DNA of 24,000 bases from Chloroflexota bacterium (GTDB lineage Bacteria > Chloroflexota > Limnocylindria > Limnocylindrales > CSP1-4): positions 5,274 through 29,273 of the forward strand of contig JBEPUS010000001.1 of NCBI GenBank assembly GCA_041691435.1. The letters run 5' to 3'. Made by a program: the position numbers and the translations under genes. Every line of letters begins with the position of its first letter. Position 1 is the first letter of the stretch. The notes beneath the pieces are model-generated. The model ran no database searches. It was not told the DNA's origin and saw only the letters and a list, made by a program, of their open reading frames with translations. This document shows, one piece after another, positions 1-8,112 of this stretch.

Positions 1-306
1 CGACGTGTTGAAGTCGCCCGTCTTCTGGTTGTAGATGCGGGTGCCCACGAGGTCGGCGGGGACCAGGTCGGGCGTGAACTGGATCCGCTTGAAGTCGCCG
101 CCGATCGCGTCGGCCAGCGTCTTGATGGCCATCGTCTTGGCCAGGCCGGGCACGCCTTCGACCAGCAGGTGGCCGCGGGCCAGGAGTGCCACGACCATCG
201 CCTCGAGCAGGTGGTCCTGTCCGACGATGACCTTCTTGACCTCGTAGAGCAGGCGCTCCATGGCATCGTTGGGCGTCGTGACGCCTGCCTCGCGAACGGC
301 TGTCAT
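1..306 (-). CDS. MoxR-like AAA+ ATPase, N-terminal 102 codons only (gene runs off the left edge)
   Basis: Own translation of the minus strand from ATG (complement of 304-306): MTAVREAGVTTPNDAMERLLYEVKKVIVGQDHLLEAMVVALLARGHLLVEGVPGLAKTMAIKTLADAIGGDFKRIQFTPDLVPADLVGTRIYNQKTGDF. The GVPGLAKT Walker A and the RIQFTPDL.P.D stretch are typical of MoxR. A GGAGGAGGAG Shine-Dalgarno lies at complement of 312-321. Absent from the ORF track because it is truncated by the window edge. Confidence 0.85.
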   Translation of the reverse strand, partial: MTAVREAGVTTPNDAMERLLYEVKKVIVGQDHLLEAMVVALLARGHLLVEGVPGLAKTMAIKTLADAIGGDFKRIQFTPDLVPADLVGTRIYNQKTGDFNTS

Positions 307-324
307 CCGGTCTCCTCCTCCTGG

Positions 325-1173
325 TCAGTACTGGGGCAGGCCGGCTGCGCCGCCGGCCACATCGATGGGCACGGCCAGGCCGATGCCGATGAACACGTCC
401 TGCTTGGTGGGATTGACCAGGCCGGTCACGATGCCGATGACCTGGCCGTTGCGATTGAGCAGGGGTCCGCCGGAGTTGCCCGGATTGATCGCAGCGTCCA
501 CCTGGATCAGGCCCTGGAGGACCGCTCCGCCGGGCACCTGGAATGACCGTCCCAGCCCGGAGACGACCCCGGCGCTGAGGGAGTCGACGAGGCCGAACGG
601 ATGGCCGACGACATAGGCCTCGCTGCCTACCTGGACCGAGTTCGGGTTGCCCAGGGTGGCGGGAACCGCCGCGGCCGAGAGGACGCTGGGCTGGATGACG
701 GCGATGTCGTGGTCGGGTTGGCGGACCGAGACCGTGCCTGTTGCCGTGGTGCCGTCGGCGAAGGTCAGCTTGATCGTCGTGGCCCCTGTCACGACGTGGA
801 GCGCCGTGAGGATGTCGCCCGCGGCGTCGACGACGACACCGCTGCCAAGGCCCGTGTCGGCCTTGCCCTGGGCGTCGACGCCGGTGGTCTGGATCGTGAC
901 GAGTGACGGGGCCACGGCCGCATAGACGAGCTGCGAGAACGCCGGCGGCGGGGTCTCGGACGCCAGGGCCTGGTCCACGCCCTGCTGGATGTCCGCCTGG
1001 GTGAGCGGGCGGGGCGCCGGAACGAGGAGGCCATAGGCCAGGATCGCGATGAATGCAGCGAGGATCCCGGCCGCGAACGTGCCGGTGCGGCGAGCCCGTG
1101 CTGCGATGCGCGTGCGACGCCGGGACGGTTCCGGGTTGGGAGCCGGAGCCGACGCGTCGATCTGGTGGGTCAT
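325..1173 (-). CDS. Membrane-anchored trypsin-like serine protease (S1C/HtrA-like, no PDZ domain visible)
   Basis: 282-aa ORF. N-terminal Arg-rich segment followed by a TM helix (FAAGILAAFIAILAYGLLV). Catalytic-triad contexts are LTALHVV (His), DHDIAVIQ (Asp) and GNSGGPLLN (Ser). The protein ends shortly after the protease fold. The stop lies 18 nt upstream of the moxR start, so an operon is likely. Confidence 0.85.
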   Translation of the reverse strand: MTHQIDASAPAPNPEPSRRRTRIAARARRTGTFAAGILAAFIAILAYGLLVPAPRPLTQADIQQGVDQALASETPPPAFSQLVYAAVAPSLVTIQTTGVDAQGKADTGLGSGVVVDAAGDILTALHVVTGATTIKLTFADGTTATGTVSVRQPDHDIAVIQPSVLSAAAVPATLGNPNSVQVGSEAYVVGHPFGLVDSLSAGVVSGLGRSFQVPGGAVLQGLIQVDAAINPGNSGGPLLNRNGQVIGIVTGLVNPTKQDVFIGIGLAVPIDVAGGAAGLPQY

Positions 1174-1319
1174 GAGGCGGAGCGAGCTCCCGTCCGTCTG
1201 GTCAGTCGCACCGGGGCTCGACCGGCTGACCGTGAGGCTGGCCCGATTATCCCCCGATCGCCTGACAGGAGCCTGACGAACCGGCCCGCCTCCGACGCTC
1301 GCGCCTGCCGACTACGCTT

Positions 1320-4300
1320 GTGGCGATGCGAACCTGCCCGGCCTGCGGCCACGCCAATCCCGACGTCGCGCGTTTCTGCGCCTCGTGCGGGGCGGCGCTG
1401 GAAACATTCGCGGGTCGCGAGACTCGCAAGATCGTCACCGTCGTGTTCGCCGACGTCGCCGGCTCAACCGCGCTCGGCGAGACGCTCGATCCCGAGGCCC
1501 TCCGCCAGGTGATGGCACGCTATTTCACGATCGCCAAGGCGAGCCTGGAGGCGCACGGCGCATCGGTCGAGAAGTTCATCGGCGATGCGGTCATGGCGGT
1601 CTTCGGCGTGCCGGCGACGCACGAGGACGATGCCCTTCGGGCGGTGCGCGCGGCTGCGGACCTGCGGGCGGCGATGCTCACGCTTAATGCGGAGCTCGAG
1701 ACCAGCTTCGGCGTATCGCTCCATCTGCGGATCGGGGTGAACACCGGCGACGTCGTGGTCGGCACCGAAGAACGCCTGGCGACGGGCGATGCCGTGAACG
1801 TAGCTGCGCGCCTGGAGCAGGCGGCCAGCCCTGACGAGATCTTGCTCGGCCACGAGACCCGTGCGCTGGCCCGTGACGCGATCGAGGTCGAGCCCGCCCG
1901 CCAGGTCACCGTCAAAGGCAAGTCCGATCCCGTCGTCGCCTATCAGCTGGTCCGGGTCATCGAGGGGGCAGCCGCGTTCGAGCGGCGGCTCGACGCCCCC
2001 TTGATCGGCCGGCGCGCCGAGCTCGACGTGATTCGGGCCGCGTTCGCGGCGGCCAGCGTCGAGCGACGCGGGCAGCTCGTTACGATCTACGGGCCGCCGG
2101 GGATCGGCAAGTCACGCCTGGCCCACGAGATCGCCGCAGAGCTCAGCGAGGACGCCCGGATCCTGGTTGGCCGGTGCCTGCCGTACGGCGAGGGCATCAC
2201 GTACTGGCCATTGCGCGAGATCTTCGCCGCAGACGGCGCGGAGGGCGAGCTCGCCAGCGCGCTCGGGAGCGGGGGTGCCGAGGAGGTCTTCCTGGCTGTC
2301 CGCAAGCTGATCGAGCGCCGGGCACGAGTGCGACCGCTGGTGCTGGTCTTCGAGGACATCCACTGGGCGGAGGCAACCCTGCTCGACCTGATCGAGCATC
2401 TCGTCGACTGGACGCGTGAGGCGCCACTCCTGGTCCTGTGCCTGGCCCGGCCGGAGCTCCTCGACCAGCGTCCCGCGTGGGCGGCAGGGCGGGTCAACGT
2501 GGGCTCCCTGACCCTCGAACCCTTGGATGAAGTCGAGAGCGGGCAGCTGATCGAGGGGCTGCTGGGCCGGGCCACCCTCGACGCAGCAGCCCGCAGGCGC
2601 ATCCGGGAGGTGGCCGAAGGAAACCCGTTGTTCGTCGAGCAGCTGGTCGTCACGCTCGCCGAAGGCGGCGACCTGGAGCGGATCCCATCGACCATCCAGG
2701 CCCTCCTCGCGGCTCGCCTGGACACGTTGTCGGAGTCCGAGCGTGACGTCCTCGAGCGCGGGTCGGTGATCGGCACGGAGTTCGAGTGGGAGGGCCTCGC
2801 CCGGCTCGACGCCGGCGGACGGCGGCCCACCGGCGCGCTCCTCTCCGGGCTGATGCGCAAGGAGCTGATCCGGCCCAACGAGGCCGTGGACGATGGGTTC
2901 CGCTTTCGCCACGCGCTCATCCGGGACGCGGCTTACGAGCGGATCTCCAAAGGGCGCCGTGCCGACCTCCACGAACGGACGGCAGACTGGCTCGAGGGCC
3001 GCGACGAGGACCTGGACGCGGTCATCGGCTATCACCTTGAACAGGCCTATCGCGCGGTCGCCGAGCTCGGCCGACCGGGGGAGCGCGGCGCCGGCCTGGC
3101 CGTGCGGGCGGCGGGGCGCCTTGGGCAAGCCGGCCTGCGGGCGTATGCCCGGGGCGACCCGGTCGCCGGCACGAACCTGCTGGAGCGGGCCGCGGAACTG
3201 CTCCCGGCAGATGACCGGCGTCGGATCGCCCTCCTGCCGTTCCTCGGTCGCGCGCTGCGGCTGTCGGGCCAGATGGAACGAGCAGAGCTGATCCTTGTCG
3301 ACGCCATCGAGCGCGGCAAAGCGGCCGGCGAGCGCGGGATCGCCGCCGACGCGGCCGTGGCCCTGGTCGATCTCCGCTTCCACCGTTCGGCCTTCACCGG
3401 CGTCACCCGGCGTGACGTGTTCCAGCAACTCGACGCGGCGATCCAGGTGTTCGAGGAGACCGGTGACCAGGCGGGCCTGGGCCGGGCACTCTGCCTCGGT
3501 GGCAAGCTCCGCTTCTGGGCCGGTCAGGCCGCGGCCTCCGTGCGCGACTTCGAACGAGCCGCGAACGTCTCGCGGGACAGCGGCGACCCGGCCGAAGAAG
3601 CCGAGGCCATCCAGGGCTTGATCGGTGCCCAGTTTCGTGGCCCCATGCCAGTCGACGTGGTCCAGCGCACCATCGTGGACCTGGAGGCGCGCGCCGACCT
3701 CAACCAGGGCCTGGCTGCCATGCTGCTGGAGACGCGTGCCCAGCTGGCCGCAATGGGCGGCGACTTCGAGACGGCGCGGGAGATGATCGCCAAGGCTTCG
3801 GCGGCCCCAGGCGTGGCCCCTGTGACCCTCGAGCGGAGCCGGCGAGCCCTTCCCGCCCAAGGGGCTGTCGAGCTGCTCGCGGGCCAACCGGCGGCCGCCG
3901 AGCGCGCGTTTCGCCCCGCTTGCGAGGGGATGGAGCAAGCCGGCGAGCTGGGCTACCTCTCGAGCGTCGCTCCTCTACTCGTAGACGCACTGCATGAACA
4001 GGGTCGGGACGACGAGGCACTGGAGGCTTCGAACCGCTGGCAGGTCGACCGACTGACCGTGCCCGAGGACGCCGACGCACAGCTCTCCTGGCGCCGGTCG
4101 CGGTCCAAGGTGCTGGCCAGTCTGGGCCAGCTCACGGAGGCCGAGCAGCTCGCCCGGGAGGCGGTGGCGATCGCGGCCGGCACCGACTTCCTCGACGATC
4201 AGGGCCGCGCCGCCGCCGATCTTGGCGAGGTGCTCTGGGTGGCCGGCAATGCTGCTGAGGCCCAGGCCGCCACCGAGGAGGCCATCCGCTTCTTCGAGAT

Positions 4301-4370
4301 CAAGGGCAACGTGGCCGCCGTCGCGAGGACCCGCGACCGGGCGACCGCCCGTGGAAGACTCCGTCCGTGA
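1320..4370 (+). CDS. Multidomain signalling protein: zinc ribbon + class III adenylate/guanylate cyclase + P-loop STAND/AAA ATPase + TPR-like C-terminal repeats
   Basis: 1016-aa ORF. N-terminal CPACGHANPDVARFCASCGA (zinc ribbon). Cyclase motifs are VVFADVAGST, EKFIGDAVMAVFG, RIGVNTGDVVVG and GDAVNVAARLE. Walker A is IYGPPGIGKSRLA and Walker B-like is LVLVFEDIHWAE. A long helical Ala/Leu/Arg-rich C-terminus follows. The start may be ATG at 1326 rather than GTG at 1320. Confidence 0.9.
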   Translation: MAMRTCPACGHANPDVARFCASCGAALETFAGRETRKIVTVVFADVAGSTALGETLDPEALRQVMARYFTIAKASLEAHGASVEKFIGDAVMAVFGVPATHEDDALRAVRAAADLRAAMLTLNAELETSFGVSLHLRIGVNTGDVVVGTEERLATGDAVNVAARLEQAASPDEILLGHETRALARDAIEVEPARQVTVKGKSDPVVAYQLVRVIEGAAAFERRLDAPLIGRRAELDVIRAAFAAASVERRGQLVTIYGPPGIGKSRLAHEIAAELSEDARILVGRCLPYGEGITYWPLREIFAADGAEGELASALGSGGAEEVFLAVRKLIERRARVRPLVLVFEDIHWAEATLLDLIEHLVDWTREAPLLVLCLARPELLDQRPAWAAGRVNVGSLTLEPLDEVESGQLIEGLLGRATLDAAARRRIREVAEGNPLFVEQLVVTLAEGGDLERIPSTIQALLAARLDTLSESERDVLERGSVIGTEFEWEGLARLDAGGRRPTGALLSGLMRKELIRPNEAVDDGFRFRHALIRDAAYERISKGRRADLHERTADWLEGRDEDLDAVIGYHLEQAYRAVAELGRPGERGAGLAVRAAGRLGQAGLRAYARGDPVAGTNLLERAAELLPADDRRRIALLPFLGRALRLSGQMERAELILVDAIERGKAAGERGIAADAAVALVDLRFHRSAFTGVTRRDVFQQLDAAIQVFEETGDQAGLGRALCLGGKLRFWAGQAAASVRDFERAANVSRDSGDPAEEAEAIQGLIGAQFRGPMPVDVVQRTIVDLEARADLNQGLAAMLLETRAQLAAMGGDFETAREMIAKASAAPGVAPVTLERSRRALPAQGAVELLAGQPAAAERAFRPACEGMEQAGELGYLSSVAPLLVDALHEQGRDDEALEASNRWQVDRLTVPEDADAQLSWRRSRSKVLASLGQLTEAEQLAREAVAIAAGTDFLDDQGRAAADLGEVLWVAGNAAEAQAATEEAIRFFEIKGNVAAVARTRDRATARGRLRP

Positions 4371-4978
4371 TCGGGTCTGACGAACAGCTTTTGGCCCGGC
4401 GGGCGCTGCCCGCAGATCGCGAGCTCGTGACCACGATCGTGGCGCGGGCTTTCGCGGGCGATCCGCTCTGGAGCTGGGCGCTGCGTGCCGTGGATCGTGG
4501 CGCTGAGACGCGGCGAGAGTTCTGGCAGCTGATGGTCGACGGCGCGCTGCGCTACCCGTGGAGCTCGATCACGACCGGCGGAGAGGCCGTTGCGGTCTGG
4601 ATCCCGCCGGGCGAGGTTGAGCTAGCCAAAGACCAGGAGCAGCACATGAGGACGCTGGTTCGTGAGCACCTGGGCGAGAACGCTGCCGACGTCGAGGAGC
4701 TGCTGGCTCGCTTTGAGGCCGCTCATCCCCATGCCGAACCGTATTTCGCGCTGAGCCTGCTGGCCACGGATCCAGACCATCGCGGCCACCGGATCGGGAT
4801 GCGCCTGCTGGCCCTAGACCTGGAACGGATCGATGCTCAGCATCAGCCTGCGTACCTCGAATCCACGAATCCGGCGAACCTTGCGCGCTACCGCAGCGTC
4901 GGCTTCGAGCCGGTCGGGGAGTTCTCGTATCCGGGCGGCGGTCCCGTCGTGACCACGATGTGGCGACCGGCCCGCTGA
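4367..4978 (+). CDS. GNAT-family N-acetyltransferase
   Basis: 203-aa ORF. The acetyl-CoA-binding type segment HRGHRIGMRLL and the C-terminal YLESTNPANLARYRSVGFE are typical of GNATs. Its GTG start overlaps the cyclase stop (GTGA at 4367-4370), indicating translational coupling. Confidence 0.75.
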   Translation: MIGSDEQLLARRALPADRELVTTIVARAFAGDPLWSWALRAVDRGAETRREFWQLMVDGALRYPWSSITTGGEAVAVWIPPGEVELAKDQEQHMRTLVREHLGENAADVEELLARFEAAHPHAEPYFALSLLATDPDHRGHRIGMRLLALDLERIDAQHQPAYLESTNPANLARYRSVGFEPVGEFSYPGGGPVVTTMWRPAR

Positions 4979-5020
4979 GAACTCTGCCGAGATTGCACCG
5001 GGGCCCGGTACAGTGGTCCG

Positions 5021-5401
5021 GTGGCTGACGTGAGCAATGATTCGCTGATCGTCCGTGACCTGGCGACTCTCGAGCTGCCGCTGCGCAAGCTGGCTCCCTA
5101 CGACCGGCCGATCGGCATGCAGCTGCTCCACGAGGACACCCAGTCGGGTGTCGAGCTGTTCGTGGTCGAGTATCCGGCCGGCACGCAGGCAGCCCAGCAT
5201 CGACATGCGGCGGCGCACACGATGGTCGTCCTCGCGGGACAGCTGGAGGTCAACGGCGAGATCCTCGGACCAGGGTCCCTGTGCCGCATCCCCGCCGAGA
5301 CGCCCATGCACCACGCTCCCGCCGCGGGTGCCTCGTGCCGCTTCCTGATGATCTTCGAGGGCGAGTCCGACGTGACGGTCATCGACGACGACGCCGGCTA
5401 G
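5021..5401 (+). CDS. Cupin-domain protein
   Basis: 126-aa ORF, GTG start. The pattern GVELFVVEYPAGTQAAQHRHAAAHTMVVLAGQLEVNG...PAETPMHH fits a single cupin barrel with His ligand motifs. Confidence 0.7.
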   Translation: MADVSNDSLIVRDLATLELPLRKLAPYDRPIGMQLLHEDTQSGVELFVVEYPAGTQAAQHRHAAAHTMVVLAGQLEVNGEILGPGSLCRIPAETPMHHAPAAGASCRFLMIFEGESDVTVIDDDAG

Positions 5402-5419
5402 GTCGGAGAGAGTGGGCCT

Positions 5420-5442
5420 GGCCCGACGTCGAGAGTCGGGCC
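5420..5442. terminator. Hairpin between convergent genes (possible bidirectional terminator)
   Basis: GGCCCGAC (5420-5427), 7-nt loop, GTCGGGCC (5435-5442), followed by TTCGTCT. It sits between the cupin stop (5401) and the stop of the minus-strand gene at 5448. Confidence 0.4.
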
Positions 5443-5447
5443 TTCGT

Positions 5448-5870
5448 CTATCGCGTCGTTCTCTCCGCGTAGCACCAGGCCCCGTCCTCACCAAGCTCGC
5501 CGATCCGGCCGCCGTAGTAGAGCCAGCCGTGGTCATCGGCCCACGCGTAGTGCGCCTCGCAGAAGGGAACGGGCACCACGCCATCGTGTCCACTCAGGTT
5601 GACCAGGGCGATGATCGACGATGGACCCGCGCAAAGGGTATCGGCGCTGCGGTGTGAAGCCATGTCGGTGGGGTGCTCGACCCGGTTGTGACACTCAAGA
5701 GGACTGCGCCCGCAGCAGTGCAGGCTCCTGGTCGGATGGACCTGCCACAGCGCCAGCCAGCCAGCGAACTCAGAGTGTCGCGCGTGCTCGAGATACGCAT
5801 CGGTGCCTGATCTCGGCACCGGCGCGGAGATGACGCGCTTGGCGTGGATTTCAGGAGAGCGGGTGCGCAT
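5448..5870 (-). CDS. Hypothetical Cys/His/Trp-rich protein (140 aa), no family recognised
   Basis: This is the C-terminal part of the 218-aa track ORF. I place the start at ATG (complement of 5868-5870, MRTRSPEIHAKR...) because it overlaps the upstream gene stop (TGATG). The further N-terminal extension is Arg-rich and overlaps that upstream gene in another frame. Third-position bias is coding-like. Confidence 0.55.
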   Translation of the reverse strand: MRTRSPEIHAKRVISAPVPRSGTDAYLEHARHSEFAGWLALWQVHPTRSLHCCGRSPLECHNRVEHPTDMASHRSADTLCAGPSSIIALVNLSGHDGVVPVPFCEAHYAWADDHGWLYYGGRIGELGEDGAWCYAERTTR

Positions 5871-6292
5871 CAGCGCAGCGGGCGATCTGCTGGCGGGAAA
5901 GACGAGCCGTCGTAGATGGGACGGCCGTCCAATGGTTCGGCCAGGTGGACCTTGACCCATCCTCCGGTGTCGTAGCTGCCGACCGGGCCACTGGCGATCA
6001 TGGCGCGGTAGGCGTCGGTGGGATGCAGGGTCACGACGATGGCCCAGGGTGTGTCGATGACCGCGGGGTCGAGCCAGCCGCCAGGTGGCTCTTGAGCTGG
6101 CCATTGGTTCGCGACATGCACCTCGATGTCAGTCGCGGTCTGACTGGTCGTGGCGTCGAGGGGACGAGCATTGACGCCCGGATAGGCCCAGGCGACCGAA
6201 GGGGTGAAGGGTTTGAGGGCGATCACCCCGACGCCGACCACGCCAACGACCACGACGGCAGCAAGGATGGCGACTCGTTTGCGGATGCTCAT
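5870..6292 (-). CDS. Hypothetical membrane-anchored or secreted protein (140 aa)
   Basis: Track ORF 5870..6397. I prefer the start at ATG (complement of 6290-6292), giving MSIRKRVAILAAVVVVGVVGVGVIALKP. That is a basic N-terminus plus a hydrophobic helix (signal anchor), followed by a roughly 110-aa soluble domain. The stop overlaps the start of the downstream gene. Confidence 0.6.
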   Translation of the reverse strand: MSIRKRVAILAAVVVVGVVGVGVIALKPFTPSVAWAYPGVNARPLDATTSQTATDIEVHVANQWPAQEPPGGWLDPAVIDTPWAIVVTLHPTDAYRAMIASGPVGSYDTGGWVKVHLAEPLDGRPIYDGSSFPPADRPLR

Positions 6293-6407
6293 GACTCGAT
6301 CCTTGATCGGGTCGCGCCCCGGCGCAATAGGACCGAAGGGGTCCGTGTGAACCGTACTGACCTCGGTCCTATTGCCCTGTGTGCTCGGGTCGATCAAGCA
6401 TTGGCCA

Positions 6408-6689
6408 ATGAAGACCTACGTCGTCGTCGGCCCATCGAGCTCGGACGTCTCGGCGGATCGGTTGCTCCCGGTCGGCACGCGGCTCGAGGAGGTGTCGCGG
6501 GACGAGCAGCACGACCACACCTGCGCTGGGACATTCATCACGACCGTCGGTCTGCTGCGAGTTCTCAACGGTCCGCGGTCCGATGAAGAAGTCGTCGTGC
6601 GACTGTCGTCCGGCCTCAAAGGTTCGCGGTTCGTCTGGGCCTCCGAGTGGCTGGATCTCGAGGGAACTGAACAGTTGGCCGGCGCCTAA
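6408..6689 (+). CDS. Hypothetical protein (93 aa)
   Basis: ATG at 6408 (MKTYVVVGPSSSDVSADRLLPVG...). Codon third positions are overwhelmingly G/C, as in the confident genes. No Shine-Dalgarno and no recognisable family. Confidence 0.45.
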   Translation: MKTYVVVGPSSSDVSADRLLPVGTRLEEVSRDEQHDHTCAGTFITTVGLLRVLNGPRSDEEVVVRLSSGLKGSRFVWASEWLDLEGTEQLAGA

Positions 6690-6754
6690 CACACCGGAGA
6701 TCGCGTATGGTTGCCGCCGGCGTGGAGCGCACGCTCGAGACTTCACGCTCGCAG

Positions 6755-6829
6755 GCCGACATAGCTCAGCGGTAGAGCAGCTGTTTCGTAAACAGCAGGT
6801 CCTCGGTTCAAATCCGAGTGTCGGCTCCA
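6755..6829 (+). tRNA. tRNA-Thr (anticodon CGU), CCA encoded
   Basis: Manual cloverleaf. Acceptor GCCGACA/TGTCGGC gives 7 perfect pairs. D arm is GCTC-AGCGGTA-GAGC. Anticodon arm is GCTGT-TTCGTAA-ACAGC, placing CGT at positions 34-36. Variable loop is AGGTC. T arm is CTCGG-TTCAAAT-CCGAG. Discriminator T, then CCA. Total 75 nt. Confidence 0.93.
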
Positions 6830-6891
6830 CTCCACCTCGAACTCGACCAAGAAGATCAAAATCCCGGACGTCTGCGTCGGCATGGCGTCCG

Positions 6892-7572
6892 TCACAACGA
6901 CGGTCCGGGCGGGATGTTGTGGTTGACCCGGAAGAGATTGCCCGGGTCGTAGCGCCGCTTGAGCTCGATCAACCGCTGGAGCTTTGCCGGTCCGTACGCC
7001 TCGAGGGCCTTCTGCGTGGGATTCGTCTCGTCGGCCCCCAGGAAGTTGATGTACTGGCCGGCCAGCGCGTACGGACGCATGGCGTCGGAACAGTCCTTCA
7101 CCCAGCGGATCCTCGCAGCATCATCGGCGGCATCCGGCCAGAAACCGTAGACGTTGAGCCAGTACTGGGCGGACCTACCGGGGAACGCCGTATCGTCGTC
7201 GGCGACTCGGCCGAAGGCGCCGCCCAGGTGGTGGAGGTCGGCCGCGGTCCCGAACCAGGTCTGTGCGCCGCACTGTTCGACGATCGTGTCGATCATCCGG
7301 GCGTCGAACCGACTGAATGACTCATTGCGCCAATACGCGCGGACGCCATTTGGAAGGATCGGGTCGAACGCCGACTGGAATGCGACCCAGCGCGTTGGAT
7401 CCAGGACGGCGACATCTGCAGGGCAGGCGGCCTGGAGCCGCTCAATCGCCACTTCCCCGTCCGCCCGCTTCGTGCCTGCCCACGCAAACCCGAGGAACAT
7501 CAAGACTCGATCGCCAAGCTCCCAGTCGGAGGGTGGAACCATGAAGGTGATCAGGCTGGTCAGTTCATCGGG
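6892..7572 (-). pseudogene. C-terminal half of a BBE/FAD-linked oxidase; the N-terminal FAD-binding (PCMH) domain is missing
   Basis: The translation from PDELTSLITFMVPP onward has the layout of the substrate/BBE half of FAD-linked oxidases: ...FQSAFDPILPNGVRAYWRN...HHLGGAFGRV...YINFLG...LKRRYDPGNLFRVNHNI. No FAD-binding GGGHS-type region exists upstream in frame. The rest of the 383-aa track ORF is antisense to the AraC fragment. Confidence 0.7.
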
Positions 7573-8049
7573 GACGTCGGCGCGAAGGTCTTCCTGCTCG
7601 CCGGGCACGAGGACGGTCAGCTGCCGTTCTCGGCGATGCAGCGGTCCTCCCGAACGGATGACCCGGTGATCCGGGACTGCCTCGCCTGGATCGCAGACTG
7701 CTACGCGACATCGAATCCCGTCACGGCCATGACGGAGCGCTCGGGCCTCACCGGACGAACGTTCGCGCGCCGCTTTGCCGCGGCCACCGGTCGACGACCC
7801 ATCGAATACGTCCACGCGCTCAGGATCGAGGCGGCGAGACAGATCATCGAATCGGGTGTCGGGATGATCGAAGACGTCGGGCCGCACGTCGGCTACGAGG
7901 ATCCGACATTCTTCCGGCGTCTGTTCAGGCGAACGACGGGCGTGACGCCGGCCACCTACCGCCGCAAGTACGCGCCGATCGTCGCGAACCTGCGCCATGA
8001 CGAGGATCGGACGGCTGAGGGACGTGCGAACGCCAGAACGCACCTCTAG
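7573..8049 (+). pseudogene. C-terminal fragment of a GlxA/AraC-family regulator (HTH domains only; N-terminal DJ-1/PfpI-like domain missing)
   Basis: In-frame translation reads ...GAKVFLLAGHEDGQLPFSAMQRSSRTDDPVIRDCLAWIADCYATSNPVTAMTERSGLTGRTFARRFAAATGRRPIEYVHALRIEAARQIIESGVGMIEDVGPHVGYEDPTFFRRLFRRTTGVTPATYRRKY. This is the linker plus double HTH of GlxA-type AraC proteins. Upstream of about 7570 the frame is merely antisense to the oxidase. Confidence 0.7.
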
Positions 8050-8112
8050 CTCACGCCAGGACGATGATTAGGGCCAGTACGTTCGAGCCTTCATGTCAGG
8101 AGCGGTCAAGCG

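Noticed and set aside
1174-1319. Repeated CTGAC-containing words in the protease/cyclase divergent region
   Set aside because: These are short, irregularly spaced pentamers with no symmetry or phasing, which is compatible with chance.
2112-3938. 608-aa minus-strand ORF, plus other long ORFs antisense to the cyclase gene
   Set aside because: It lies entirely antisense to a gene with clear cyclase, P-loop and TPR motifs. Its translation is Arg/Gly/Pro/Ala-rich with no motifs. This is a typical high-GC shadow ORF.
5871-6104. N-terminal extension (78 codons) of ORF 5448..6104
   Set aside because: It is Arg/His/Pro-rich and overlaps the better-supported upstream gene (5870..6292) in another frame. 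The internal ATG that overlaps that gene's stop is the more plausible start.
6583-7320. 245-aa plus-strand ORF running through the tRNA-Thr gene
   Set aside because: It crosses a well-folded tRNA and is antisense to the oxidase fragment. It is not credible as a gene.
7573-8043. N-terminal 157 codons of the 383-aa ORF 6892..8043
   Set aside because: There is no FAD-binding-domain similarity. This part is exactly antisense to the AraC/GlxA HTH fragment, so the long ORF is a chimera rather than an intact oxidase.
6755-8112. tRNA-Thr as the attachment site of an integrated island
   Set aside because: Gene remnants lie next to the tRNA. However, I found no integrase or recombinase and no downstream direct repeat of the tRNA 3' end by eye. 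There is not enough evidence to call a mobile element.
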